Position numbers and translations under genes: made by a program
NCBI GenBank assembly: GCA_031407765.1
Contig: JANOIR010000077.1
Coordinates: 219-64,218, forward strand
Source of the DNA: Vicinamibacteraceae bacterium
GTDB lineage: Bacteria > Acidobacteriota > Vicinamibacteria > Vicinamibacterales > Vicinamibacteraceae
Reading direction: 5' to 3'
DNA length: 64,000 nucleotides
Shown: one piece after another, positions 30,101 through 45,100 of the stretch
Position numbering within the stretch: the first letter of the stretch is position 1
Layout of the letters: every line of letters starts with the position of its first letter
The notes under the pieces: generated by a model
What the model saw: only the letters and a program-made list of their open reading frames with translations
What the model was told of the DNA's origin: nothing
The model's database searches: none

Positions 30101-33100
30101 AACACGGGCGGCCAGGTGGTCGTCGGCTTCAAGCCGGACGGCACCCCGATCTACGGCCCGAGCTTCGGCGATGTCAACCTGTACGGCGACCGCATCCACA
30201 TCTCCGCCGCGTTCCTGAACGTCAACGGCGTCATCCAGAGCGGCAAGCAGGACTACAACCTGGATCTCGGCGGCGTCGGCGGGAACATCTGGCAGCAGAT
30301 CCAGGACATCCCGTGGTGGCAGCGCGGCCTGGTAACGCTGAACTCGCCGAACCAGGATTTCGTCGTCCGTTACGACACCGGCACCGGCAACATCCAGATC
30401 GAGGAGCTGCGCGTGAGCGGCGGCTTCGTCGAGCTCGAGGGCAACATCGTCAACACCGGCAAGGGCGAGATCCGCGTCCTCGGCGGCTACGCCAACATCA
30501 GCGTCAACAACCAGACCGGCTACAAGACGGTCATCAAGCGCCTGGACGCCTCGCAGCAGGGCGCCGGCCGGCTGGTGATCGTCGACAAGAACCGGGGCGC
30601 GGCCTACGCGACGATCTACGAGAAGTCCGGCGACACGGTCACCAAGACCGTGGATGCGGGCAACGGCAGCGCCGCGGTGTACTCGCAGGTCGCGAACAAC
30701 TCCACCTACGATCCGCTCGCCGGCATGCGCTACGGCTGGTCGGTGGGGGTCGAGCAGGCCGAGCGCAAGATGTCCGAAGTGGGCACGAGCAGCTGGGCCG
30801 GCATCGACGCGCTCGCCGCCGATCCCAGCGACATCAATTGGCAGAGCACTGAGCCGCTCGGCCTGCCGAAGCTGCGCGGTGACGCCGCGTACTACACCTA
30901 CCGTCCGGATCTCGTGGGCACGGACTACACCTACGACTATTCGCGCCAGAACGACGGCGCGGCCAAGCTCTACCAGACCAACCAGCACACCACCAGCACC
31001 TGGTACGGCAAGGAGACGCGCTGGGTCACGTTCGTGCAGGAGCAGAAGTTCCAGGACGTCCACACCCACACCATCAAGGCCGATTACGGGATCGGCATCA
31101 AGTTCATCGGCGTCGCGAGCAGCAACGTGACGGTGAACTCGCTCGGCTCGATCCTGCTGGTCGACGGGGTGATGAACTCCTCCGGCACGACGACGCTGAT
31201 CTCCGGCGGCGGGTCGATCGAGCAGATGAGCAGCGCGTCCGTCGTCACCGGCCAGCGGGTCGTGCTCTCGGCCGCCGGCGCGATCTCGGCGCAGACCCAG
31301 TCGGGCGCGTTCCTGGTCAACCTCGCGGACACGCCGCCGTTCGACTTCAAGAGCTCGGAGAGCGTCTCGCCCGCCAATCTGCTGCCGACGACGCGCGTCG
31401 TCGCCGGCCAGCAGGTGCTGGTCGCCCCGGGCTACATCCCGGGGCTGGGCGAGGCGAACAGCGTCTATCGCTACCTCGGCAATCCCGCCCAGCTCACGCT
31501 CGCCAACACGAACTATACGAACGCCGCGCTCTGGTCCCAGGTCGAGTGGAAGCCGAGCCTGCACGCGACCAGCCTCGCGAACGTCTCGATCGAGGAGATC
31601 TCCGGCGACCTGCTGATCGACCGGGTGCAGGCTGGTGTCGGAAACGACATCGTGATCAAGGCGCAAGGCAGCGTCTACGCGGGATACCAGGCGAACGGCA
31701 CGGACTCGAACAGCTTCGTCGGCAACCCGTCGGTGGGCGGCGCGGTCACCGTCACCGCGACGACCGGCAACATCGGCGCTGACGGCCGTTCGCTCATCCT
31801 CTACTCGGGCAGCACCGCGCGCGACAGCGTCACCGCCACCGCGCAGGGCAACATCTACCTGACGAACAGCCTGGGCGACATGCGCCTGAACAAGGCGGTG
31901 TCGAATGGCGCGAACGCGATCGTGCGCATCGAAGTGACCAACGGCGGCCTGTTCGACGCCAACAAGACGCAGACCCGCGACGAGCGCACCCGCACCGAGC
32001 TGCAGAACGGCGTCTGGAAGGACCTCGGCCTGACCGCGGCCGGGGGCTTCAACGCCAAGCTCAACGCGACCATCGAGGCCTTCAAGGCGGTCAAGGAGAT
32101 CGAGTACGAGACGTACTGGAAGTACCGCAACATGCAGAAGACGGCCGCTGGCGCGCCGATCTCCGCGGCGGCCTTCGATGCGACCGCGATCATCGGCCTG
32201 AGCACGGCCGAAGAGGAGTTCTACCGCACGCGGCTCGGCTACGACAACGCGGCGATCAACGTGCTGATCACGAAGCGCACGCTCGAGTACCGCGACCTGA
32301 ACACGCGCTACGGCAACGGCGTCGCCTACGGCACCGGCGGCGCCACGTTCACCAACAGCTACATCGCCAACTTCACCTACCAGCTGACCACGGCGGAAGA
32401 CACCTCGCTGCGCGGCAACATCGTGATCCGCACCGAGGACGAGCTCCTCAATACGCTGAGCGCCGGCCTGCTCAAGGCGACGGCGGACACGCAGCTCAAC
32501 GTCGAAGACCCGAACATCGTCGGCGCCGACATCACCATCATCACTTCCAAGGGCATCGGCAACACCATCGGCCGCAGGACCATCGACCTGACGGCGCAGC
32601 CGCTGAACCTGAGCGCGGACGACAAGGCCGCCTTCGCCGCGGCGGACCGCCCGGACGTCACCTACGTCGGCGGCACCATCGTCACCACGGTGGTGAATTT
32701 CGCCGACAGCGGCTCCGCCGACACGATTACCCGCACGAGCGGCAACTGGCTTACCGACGGCTATGCCGTGGGCATGCGCATCCAGGTCGAGAGCGGCACC
32801 GACAACGACTCGGCCCGCGGCAAGTCGTACCTGGTGACCGGCGTCAGCGGCACAACGCTCACGCTCGACGGCGCGGCATTTACCAACATGAACGGCGTCA
32901 ACGCCACGATCACGCCGATCGTCGAGGACCCGACCGGATTCACGCAGGTCAACGGGACGACTGTCCGAACCACCAGCGTCCAGTTCAAGGACAACGAGGC
33001 CGCGCGCGGCGCCGATACCATCAAGCGCAGCGACGGCGGCGACTGGTTCGCCGACGGCTTCAGGGACGGCAAGTACGTGCTCATCGCCGGCAGCGTCCTC

Positions 33101-36100
33101 AACAACACCGGCACCCAGGCCTACCGCATCGCGAACGTCACGGCCGACACGCTGACGCTGTACGCCAACCACCGGTTGCTCGACGAAACGCTGATCGCGA
33201 CGCTGACGCCCGTGTCGATCAACGCCGAGTTCATCACGAAAGTGATCATCGACGAGCGCGACGACGTCAACGTCCGCTCGCTGGGCTTGTCGGCCAAGCT
33301 CAACGTGACCGCGGGCGCGAACGTTTACCTGGGTACCGAGAAGCAGCTGTACATCGACCAGGTCACGGCCGCCGAAGCGGTGCGCATCAAGGCACGCGAA
33401 GGCATCTACGACGACGCCTCGGTCTCCCGCGTCAACGTGATCAGCAGCGACCTGATCCTCGAAGCGGGCAGGGGCGTGATCGGCACGTCCACGGAGCAGA
33501 TCCAGGTCGACCTGCGGCCGAAGACCCTGGCCGGCGGCGCGCTCCTCCGGGGTACGCTGACGGCGCGCGCCGACGGCAGCCTCTACATCTGGGGCCGGGA
33601 CACGGACGGCGCGGGAACGGCCAGCACCGGCGACCTGCGGCTCGAGGCGGTGTCCTCGGTGACCTCGAAGGTCTGGCTCAAGTCCGACGGCTCCATCACC
33701 GACGGGCTGCCCGGCACGAACTTCGCGAAGATCGGCGCGAACAGGATCGAGTTGACGGCGGCCGGCGACATCGGCACCGGCAGCGGTTCCGGCACCGATT
33801 ACGTCGAAACCGACCTGACGCTTACCGGCACGCTGACCGCGACGGCCGGCGGCAGCATCCGGCTGCGCGAGGCGCTCGGCAACTTCAACATCGACCGGAT
33901 CTTCTCGACCAGCGGCGACGTGGACCTGCGCGCGGACGTGTCGATCCTCGACGCGGCCACGGTCGCAAACGACTCGAGCGGACTCTCGAGCCTGCCCGGC
34001 GTCGACATCTTCGCCAACAACATCAAGCTCACTGCCGACCAGGGCACGATCGGCGTCTCGGGCAACGACATCGACCTGGACAGCGCTCGCGGCGGCACCG
34101 GGGTCCTCACCACCCTGAGCGCGCTGAACACGCACATCATCGAGCAGATCGGGGACCTAGCCGTCGACCAGGTCGGCACCGGCCTGGGCTTCACGGCCTT
34201 CATCGCGGCACCGACGGGCAGCATCACCAACGGCCGCGCCAGCGGCGGGAACAACGTGGTGTCCGGCAAGCTGCTGCTGCTGGCGAGGAACGACATCGGG
34301 TCCTCGCTCAAACCGTTCGCCACGGCCGCATCCTTTATCGAGGGGCGGTCCGCGCAGAATGGCGTGCATCTCACCAACACCGGCCCGGCAACGATCGGCG
34401 GCGTGGACGGCGGCGGAATCACCGCCGTGGGCCCGATCTACATCACGGCGCGCAGCCCGCTCACCATCTCCGCCAACATCACGTCGCAGCAGGAAGTCGT
34501 GGTGACCGCGGGCGAAAGCGGCGGCGCCGGCGACAACCTGACCATCTCGGCCGGGGTGAAGCTCGAATCGGCGACCTACGTGACCCTGCAGGGCGGCGAC
34601 AGAGTGACGCTCGACGCGACCGCGGAGCTGAAGGGCCCGCTGGTCCAGGTCCGGGTGGACGACGGCACCAACATGTTCGACGGCACCCTCGTCAACGACG
34701 GCCTGGCCGGCGAGATCGAGATGTTCGGCAAGCTGACCGCGAGCACCGTCAACATCTACGGCGGCATCCACGGCGACAACATCGCGCTGCGGAAGATCGA
34801 CAGCGTCACCAACGTCTTCGGCGGCGCGGGCAACGATACGGTCCGCGTCGGCACCACCGCGACCCTGACCACGAGCACGGGCGGCACCGCCAACAACATC
34901 ATCGCCCTGCTGACCATCAATGGCGAAGGCGGTGCCGATAGCGTGATCGTGGACGAGACCGGGGAGGGCGCCGTCACCAATCTTGTGCTTGATCGCGAGC
35001 CGGCGACGCCCTACGGCAGGCTCACCGGCCTGTCGGCGGCCAACATCCTGTACGACACGATCGAGAACCTGGACATCAACCTGGGCTCCGGCAGCGACGT
35101 GGTGCAGGTGAAGAGCACGCAGGCGGGCGCCACCACCACGCTGCGGACCGGTGGCGGTGCCACCAACGCGGTGACTGCCGGTAGCACCACGTCGGATGGC
35201 ACGAGCACCGTCAACGACCTGTCCGGCGCGCTGGTGGTCGACGGTCAGGGGGCCGCGGATACCCTGCGCATCAACGACTCGGGCGATGGCGCCGCCAACA
35301 CCGGCACGCTGACGTCGACCCAGGTCACCGGCCTGGGCATGAGTGCGGGCGGCGTCACCTACAGCAACCTGGAATTCCTGAACATCGACCTCGCCAACTT
35401 TGCGGCGGGCGGCGATGCCTTCACCATCGCGAGTACGCACGCAACCAACACTACCCTCAAGACCCAGGCCGGCGTCGACACGGTGCTGGTGCAGTCGATC
35501 TCGGGCGTCACGCTGGTCGACACCGGCTCCGAGGACGACACCGTCACGGTCGGCGATTTCGCCAACAACAAGAAGTTCTCCGGGATCATCCAGCAGCTCA
35601 CGGTGAACGGCGGCGCCGGCCTCAACGACCGCGTGGTGTTCGACAACCGCGCCGAGACGAACCAGCTGACCTGGACCCTCGCCTCGAACCGGCTGACGAG
35701 CAGCGGGCTCGGCATCCCCATCGACTACAACACGTTCGAGTTCGTCGACCTGACCACCGGCGCCGGCGCCGACAAGCTGTACATCGCGAGCACCATCAGC
35801 GACTCGAACCCGCTGGTCAACCACGTCGTCATCAACACCTACAACGGCGCGGACGAAGTCAATATCGGCACGCTCGCGGCGACCACGGACATTTCCGGCG
35901 GCGCCGGCAACGACACCTTCCGCGTCAACTACGCGCAGGACGGCCAGAGCCAGACCTTCGCCGACGGCGTGAACTACCTGACGCTGCACGGCAACGTCGG
36001 GGACGACAGCTACCTGATCGGCCTCTCGGGCACGGGCTCGGCAGTGATCTCGGTTGACGACGACGGCGTCGGCACGGACGTCGACCGCATGAACGTCTAC

Positions 36101-39100
36101 GGCACGAACGCCGCGGACTTCTTCCTGTTCCGCCCGAAGGCGATCTCCTCGCTGCAGACCGATGCCAACCGCGTGCCGGTCGTGGGCGGCCTTGCCGAGC
36201 GCGTCAACTACGAACTCCTGAGCGGCGGCATCACCATCTTCGGCCGCGACGGCGACGACACCTTCGTGCTGGACGACACGAGCGCGCCGCTCACAATCTA
36301 CGGCGACGCCGGGCACGATGCCTTCCAGATCGGCCAGGTTTTCCAGTCGCCGCGCGACGCCTACGCCGGCCTGCTGCCGCAGGACTACGTCGACACCACG
36401 CCGATCACGCTCGGCTACCTGACCCCGGGCGTGCGCCATGCCGCCACCCTGTTCGGGGGCATCGGCAACGACTCGTTCACCGTCTACAGCAACAAGGCCG
36501 ACCTGTTCCTGTTCGGCGAGGACGACGACGACACCTTCCGCATCCGCGCCTTCGTGGCGGTGAACCCGAACGACCTGAACGCGCCCGTCACCAACGTGAA
36601 CGGCGGCAAGGGCGCGGACTTCATCACCTACACCGTGAACGCGCCGGTCCACATCGAGGGCGGCGACGGCTTCGACACCCTGACGGTGGTCGGCACCGAG
36701 TTCGCGGACAAGTTCGTGGTGACCGAGGACGGGGTGTTCGGCGCCGGCCTGCACGTCGAATTCAACGGCATCGAGAGCGTCACGCTCGACGCGCTCGAGG
36801 GCAACGACCAGTTCTTCGTCGCGAGCACCAAGGAAGGCGTGTCGGTGCAGTTGACCGGCGGCAAGGGCAGCGACACTTTCAACGTCGCCGGCAGCGAGGG
36901 CGGCGGGGCGATCGAAGTGGTCAGCAACGACCTGCTCGGCCACAGCGCGCTGATCGGCATCGGCACATCGGGCAATTCGGTGGCGTCCAACTACAACAAC
37001 GTCAACGCCGCCGACCTCTCCGCGAGCGTCGCCGACAACGACGAGGCGGGCATCGTGGTCACGGCGATCGGCGGCGCGCTGCGCGTCTACGAGGCGGCGG
37101 GCGCCTCCTCGATGGTGCGCAACCGCTACTCGGTGGTCCTGACGCGCTCGCCGGACGAGGAAGTCTTCGTCACGGCCTCGGCGATCGTCTCCAAGGAGAG
37201 CGACACGCGCGCCGGCGGCGTGGGCGTGGTCCTGAACGGCGGCCAGAGCACGCTGGTGTTCGACCGCACCAACTGGTTCATCCCGCAGATCATCGAAATC
37301 ACGGCGCCGGACGACGACCTCGCCGAGGGCATCCGTTCGGTGAACATCCAGCACAGCGTGCGCCAGGGCGTGAAGATCGACGACGGCGGCGCCTACGACG
37401 GCCTCGCGATCCCGTCGATGCAGGTGCAGGTGGTCGACAACGACGCCGCCGGCCTGGTGATCAATCAGAACAACGGCAAGCTCATCATCAGCGAAGGCGC
37501 CGACGTGGGCCTGGGCGACGGGTACTCCAACACGTACACGGTCTCGCTTGGCCGCATACCCACCGGCAATGTGCAGGTCGACCTGCTGCCGCTGGTCGAC
37601 GACCACAACAACGCCCAGGTAAGGACCTACCTGCGGGCGCCCAACCCGAGCACCGGGGTGATCGAGGACACGCTGGTTTCCTTCCTCACGTTTACATCGT
37701 CGAACTGGAATTTGCCGCAGACGATCGTGGTGAAGGCGATCGATCCCGACATCGTTCCCGCCAATGCGCTCGAAGGCACGCACTACGCGCGCGTCACGCA
37801 CCAGATCCACGACGCCGCCAGCACCGCCGCGTTCTATGGCCTGTCGCTGGACGACGTGGCGCAGGGCATCGCCGACAAGGTGAAGGGCGGCGACCTGCTC
37901 AGCATCTTCACCGCCTCGGTGGACAGGGCCAACGACCGGGTGACGCTCGAGGGCAAGACGCCGTTCACGGCGGCGAACGGCGCCGGCGCCGCAATCAACG
38001 CGGGCCTGAGCGTGATGGCTTTCACTCAGGCCAACGTCGCGCTACCGGCGGCTGTCACCAGCGGCAGCGTCTGGAGCGTGGTGATCGACGGGCGCAGCTA
38101 CAGCTACACCGCCGGCTCCGGTTCGAGTCCCGCCCTCACTGGCTTGCGCGTTGCGCAAGGCCTGCGCGACGCGATCAACGCGGATACGTCCAACACGGGC
38201 TTCGTCGCGTCGTTCGCCGCGACCGGCACGCCGGACGCGGGAACCCTGAGCGTCGCGAAGGGCACCGACGCCTTCGTGCTGCGCAGCGGCTCGCTCGCCA
38301 CCATCACCGCGGGCATGATCAGCGGCACCCTGTCCGCGACCCAGTACGCGAAGCTGGTGCTCGATGTCTCGGGTGCCGTCGCGGTGGGCAATACCTGGGC
38401 CGTCACGCTGAACGGCGTCGAATACAAGTACGTCGCCGGCAAGAACGGCGAAATGACCACGCTGCCCTCGGTCGACGTCACGGTCAGCGACAAGGACGTG
38501 CCGGCGGTGCAGGTGACGCAGACCGGCGGCAGCACGCAGGTCACCGAGCCGACCACCAGCGTGACGCTCGGCGGCGGCCAGGTCTCCGGCATCGTCGCCG
38601 ACGGCGCCGCGCTGGTCCTCACCGCGGGCCCGGCGGCCTTCAACGCCTCGATCGAGATCACCAGCAACGGGCTGACCAACGCGAACGGCGTCGGCACGGT
38701 CAGCGGCACCAAGGTCTGGACCGCGGCGACGGTGACCCTGAGCGGCAGCGTGTCGCTGGGCGACACCTTCACGCTGCGGGTGAACAACACCGACTACAGC
38801 TACATCGCGGGCACCGACGGCCACACCGTGGACCTCGCGACGGTGACGCAGAAGCTCGGCGACAAGCTGGTGACGGCCGGCTTCGCGCCCGTGATCGTCG
38901 GCGCCAGCGGCACCATCTCGATGGCCAGAACGGCCGGCCTGGCGATCCAGGTGAAGAAGGGCGCCATGGCCGTCGCCGGAACCTCGGCGCTGTCGGACGC
39001 CACGGTCGCGCTGAGCGGCAGCACCGCGCTCGGCGATACCTGGACGCTCACCCTGGTGGACCCGGTGACGGGTACGGTCACGAAGTACAGCCACCAGACG

Positions 39101-42100
39101 CTGGCAACCGACGACCTGGAGGACGTGGCGGTCGGCCTGCTCGGCAAGCTTGGCAAGGCCGTGACCACCGGCGCCAAGAACTACAGCACCCCCGTGACCT
39201 TCGGCAGCGACCAGGTCTTCAGCATTAACCTGGGCGGCGGGGCGCAGACGCTCACGCTGCTCGCGGGCACCTACAACAGCGACGGCACGGGAGGCGCGAC
39301 CGAGATCGCGGCCGCCGTCAACGGCCTGATCGGCGCGTCGCCGCTGGCCGGCCTGGTCACGGCCTCGATGACCGGCGGCCTGCTCACGCTGACGACGACC
39401 GCCAGCGGCAGCGCGGCGCAGATCACGGTCGGCGGCCCGGACCAGGTCGCGATATTCAACAACTCCTCCATCGGCTACGGCCACGGCGGCAGCACCAAGC
39501 TGCTGACCCAGCTCACGGGCGACTTCGGCTCCGCGGTGCTGAAGGAGTCGTCGCACCACAACTCGATCTACACCGCCCAGGACATCGACGCCACCGCCTG
39601 GAGCGCGAGCGGCAACACCGATTTCGGCAACAGCAGCGTGCCCCACCTCACCATCAAGGGCACCGGAAACGGCGAGACGGACTTCTACAAGTTCGTGATC
39701 ACCCCGACGATGCTGGCGACGGGGGCCGTGAACGCCGTGTTCGACATCGACCACGGCTTCGATCCGAACTCCGACCCGGTGCTCTGGGGCAGCCTGCTGA
39801 CGCTGTACGACAGCCAGGGCCGCATCGTCGACCAGGGCGCCCGCGTCGTGCATCCGAGCATCGGGGGTGGAGGCAGCTCGTACCAGTACGACGGTTACCT
39901 CGCGCACACCTTCACCAACGCGCAGGACAGCTTCGGCAACTACATCAACGCCGGGGTCTATTTCGTCGAGGTGTCGAACTGGCTGACCTTCGTCACGCGC
40001 TCCGCGGGGCTGCCGAACGGCACGGATTACGACCTGAACGTGTCGCTGCCGCGGCACGACGTGGCGCGCTTCTCGTTCGCGCCCGCGCCGGTCATCGAGG
40101 CCGAGTCGCCCGGCAATCCGGTGCAGAGCATTGAATCCGCCAACAACTGGTACACCTTCACCAACCCGAACATCGGCAACCAGGCGGACCCGAATTCGTC
40201 GCACGCCACGGTCGACTCCAACACCGCCTACACCACGGTGCGCGGCACCGGCAACAACACCAGCGACGCCTACAGCTTCCGCATCACCGGCGACATGCTG
40301 AAGCAGAACGCCGCAACGCTGGACACGACCGCTTCCCCGACCGACAGCGGCCACCTTTACTACAGCACCGCCTCGGTCCAGGTCACCGGCTTGCCCGCGG
40401 TGGGCGACACCTGGGAACTGGTGATCGACGGCAAGAGCTTCAGCTATGTCGTGACGGCCGCCGACGCGGCCGGCGCGAACCCGGCGGCCATCGTCACCGG
40501 CCTGCTCGCCGATATCACGGCCGACAAGGCGGCCACCGCGACCTGGACGGTCAACTCGTCTACGCCGGGCACGATCAACATCAGCGACGCCAACGGCTTC
40601 TGGTACGAGGCGAACCACACCGTCAAGGCCGCCAGCATGGTCACCCAGGCCGGCAAGCCGCATTCCTCTTCGACGGTCAATTTCACAGCCGCCGACGTCG
40701 CGCTGGGCGGCACGGTCGCGGTCGGCGACGTGTGGCAGGTCCTGATCACGCAGGGCGGGGTGACGACGACCTTCGCCACCGACCCGGCGATTTCCACCAG
40801 CGACCTGCCCTCGATCACGCAGGCGCTCGCCGACAAGATCCAGAACACGAAGCCGGGCGGGGCGACCTACGACGCCACCGTCGTCGGCGGCAAGCTGCAC
40901 CTTTCAGCCGCGAGCGGCTCGTTCAGCTTCGAGGTCAAGCAGCAGTCGCGCACGCTCTCGACCAGCACGTTCACGATCAGCGCCACGCCGTTGCAGACCC
41001 AGGCAGAGTTCCAGAACCTGCTCTGGACCACGTCGGATGTCGTGTTGGGTGGCACCTACACGGCGCGCGAGACGTACACGATGGTCATCGACAGCGCCGT
41101 CAGTGGCGTGACGGCGAAGACCGTTAGCTACACGGCCGGCGACACGATCAGCGGCTACACGCTGACCAACACCTTGGCGGATGTCGCCAAGGGCCTGGTC
41201 GACAAGATCAATGCGCTGTCCGGCGCGACCTTCACCGCCAGCGTCCAGGGCGGAAACACGATCCGCATCACCGACACGAGCTCCGGTTCGCAGGGCTTCA
41301 CGCTGCAGTACGCGATCGCGCCGGCGCCGTCGGTCTCCGAGCTCGCCGACATCGGGGGCTGGGTGAAGACCGAAGCCTTCGCGACCACCCCCGCCGTCGT
41401 CCCCGGCCAGCTTTACACGGTGACGATCGAGCCGACGAGCGGCGCGACGATGACCTACGGCTACGTCGCCGACAGCGACGACGACATCACCGAGGTGCTG
41501 AACCAGCTCGCGGCGAAGATCGGCGCCGACAATACGGCCGATGGCGGCTATGAGGCGGTCGTCTCCAGCGTCACCGGCAACGTCGCCCTGACCGTCGTCA
41601 ATCCGGACAAGGTCTCGATCAACCTGCGCGTCGACCGAGGCACCGTCACCGCGGAGCCCGGCTATGCGAAAACGGTTTCGCTGACGACCGACGGCAGCCA
41701 CCAGATCGTGGCGGGCGAGACCTTCACGGTCACGGTGCGCACGGCAGGCGGCAGCACGGATGTCTTCGCGGTCAAGGCGGCCACCACGTCCCTCTCCGAC
41801 TTGCTCACCGCCCTCCAGGACAAGATCGACCTGGGCGGCGAGTATGAAGCCACCGCCGACGTGCAGAGCGCCTCCCAGGGCACCCTGACCATCGTCAATA
41901 AGGACACGTCCTCGCCGGAGTCCATCAGCGTGCTGCTCACGCGGGGCAGCCTGACCGACGCTTCGGCGTGGTCCGAGACGCTCCAGCTCTCCGCGATCGC
42001 GAACAACGAGGTGGTGAGCGTCACGCTGGTCGAGACCAGCGGCGGAACGCCGGCGACGAGGAGCTACAGCTACCGTTCCGCCGGTACCAATGACGCGAGC

Positions 42101-45100
42101 GTCGAAGCCGTCCTTTCCGGTCTCGCGAGCCAGATCACCAACGAGGCCGGCGCGCTCTACACGGCGACGTACGACACGGACCGCAACGCCCTGACGATCG
42201 TGAGCAAGGCGCGCACCAGCTTCGACACCCACCTGAGCCGCGGCACCTTCTCTAGCCCGGCGGCGAACTCCATCCAGACCGCCGAGCTCGCGTTCTCGTC
42301 GGCAAGCGGCGCAGCCGCCAACGACGTCTACACCCTCTCGCTCACGCAGTCGTCGGTCACCACGGTCTACAGCTACAAGGCGGCGGCCAACGACACGATC
42401 GCGACGATCCTGGGCGCCCTTGCCGGCGCGCTGCCCAGTGGCGCCACCGGTTTCACCAGCTACATCGATACGACGCGCGGCACGATAACCGTCGTGGACA
42501 ACGACGGCGGCGCCTTCAGCGTCTCGCTCAGCCAGGGCGCCTTCGCGACGACCGCGACGACGGAAGGCTGGACAGAGAGCGTGAAGCTGACCCAGGCGAC
42601 GATCACCAGCAATACGACGTTCACCGTGACCATCGGGACGGACACGATCAATACGACCGTCAACGCCTCGGGCGGCAGTCCGAAGACGGTGACCGATATC
42701 GCCACCGCGATCGCGGGGCAAATCGACGGCAGCGCCATCGGCAGTACGGGCAGCAACTACCGTGCCGTCGCCAACGGCGATGTCATCACGATCTTCACGA
42801 ACGCTTCGACCAGGACGCTCGGTGCGGTCAACATCACGGCGCCGGGCTCGGCTTCGATCGCCAGCGCCGCCGCCTACACCGAGACGTTCGAGCTCACAGG
42901 CTCGGTCGCTACCGGGAAGACCTGGAGCGTGGAACTCGGCGGCACCGTGTACAGCTATGCGGCACTGTCGTCGGATACCACGCTCGAGCTGGTCGCAACG
43001 GGCCTGCGCGGCGTGGTCAACGCGACTACTGCGTACGACGCCTACGTAGGCACGGCGAGCGGGAGTGCACGGACCGTGACCGTCAAGTCGGCCACGGCGA
43101 CGGCGTTCGCGACGGCGCACAACGTGACTTCGGTGACGGCGGCGGATGCCACAGCCGGCGGCTGGGCGGAAACCATCAAGCTCGATTCGGGCGCCACGAT
43201 CGCGGCGAACACGACCTGGGCGGTGTCCCTCGGTGGTTCGAGCGGCGCGCAGGAGAACTTCAGCGTGGTCCAGTCCGCGGCGACCGCCGACGCGACTGCT
43301 TCGGCTGCCGCCCGTGCCGCGCTGACCACCAGCCTCGTCTCGAAGATCAACACCTCGGGCTCCTACATCGCGCTCGTCACCGGCACCGACACCATCACGA
43401 TCATCCGCGAGAGCGGCACGACGGCGACCGACCAGAGGACCGCAGGGCAGACCACGCCGAGCGCCACCTGGGCGAACGCTTCGGTCTGGAGCGAGACTTA
43501 CGAACTCTCGACCGCTGGCACCGTCAACCAGTCGACCTGGGCGGTCGCCCTGCCGGGCGACGCCGCGGTCTACGCCGTCGCCGGCAGCACGCTCGCGATT
43601 GCGACATCCAACCTCGAGACGGCGATCGACGCCTCGAGCAACTACAAGGCCGCGGTCACGAGCACGAGCGCGTCGACGGGTCCGAACACGATCACGATCT
43701 TCAAGAACGCCATGACGGCCTTCGACGCCGGCACCGCGATCTCGACCGCCCAGCTTGCGGACGCCTCGGCTTGGACCGAAAGCTTCCTGCTCGAGGATGC
43801 GGTCCAGGACAACAGGACCTGGGCGGTTGCGCTGAATGACGGGACGGCGACGAGCGTCTTTGCCTACACAGCGGCGAACGGCTCGTCGAACATCACGACC
43901 GGGCTCGCCGGGACGGCGTCGGGAGGCTACCGCGCGATCGACTCGGGCAACGGCACGGTCACCTTCATCCGCACGAACGCTGCAACGCTGACGTCCTACA
44001 CCACAGCCGGCAATACGGCGACGCTGAATCCGACCTGGGTGCAGTCGGTGCTGGTGCGCAACCAGAACGACAGCGCCGACGCGGTCGTGGCGCGCGAGAC
44101 CTGGAAGCTGGACCTCGACACCAACCTGTACAGCTATGAAGCGGGTGTCGGCGGCCACGCGCTGACGCTGCTGAAGGTCGCGACCGAACTCACGACCACG
44201 GTGAACGGCGCCGGCAACTACGACGCGGCGCTCACTTCCGCGTCGGACAACACCTGGCACGTGATCACGGTGGCGCGCGAGGACGCGGCCGCCCTGGTCA
44301 CCACACCGAGCATCGACGGCGCGCCGACGCTGGCGACGCAGGCTGTGAGCGGCGACGTCAGGAACGCCTGGCGCCTGGAGCTCGACCTGGACAACAACAC
44401 GGTTTCGGGCGACACCTGGAGCGTGACGCTGGGCGGCACGAACGTGCTGGTCAACGGCGGCGGGAGCGCGGGCGACATCTCGGCGTTCACGACCGGAACC
44501 CTGGTGCCGGCGTTGACGGGCAACGGCTACTTGGTTACGACCACGAGCGCGGCGGCGGGCCAGGTCAGCATCTCGCTCGCTTCGGGCGCGCAGGTCACGG
44601 CCGACAAGATCGAGCACTTCAAGCGCCTGAAGAACCACGGCTTGACGACGAACCCGGCCTCTCCGATGACCGACCCGGCGCACTACACGCGCGCCGTGGT
44701 GGAGCTCGCGGGCGACGTGCGGGTGAACGACACCTGGACTATCAAGCTCAACGGCATCGAGTACACCGCCAAGGTCGCGCTCGGCGACAACATCAACGGC
44801 GTCGCGGAAAAGCTGAAGAACGCGATCCCCACCGGCCTGTACACGGTCACGCGCACCAACAGCACGCTCGACATCCGCGTCAACACCGCGACCGCCTGGT
44901 TCACCGGCTTCACGGTCGAGGCCTCGCAGGGCGGCGGCAAGGCGCAGGCCCTGTTCGATGTCGACAACGCCAACCTGGTGACGGGCCAGACGCGCGAGAC
45001 CCAGCTCGTGGAGCGCGACCGCCTGGTGCGCGACCCGTACAGCGGCGTCGAAACGATCATCAGAGAAACGGTGGAGGAGTACACGTATCACAGCTACGTG

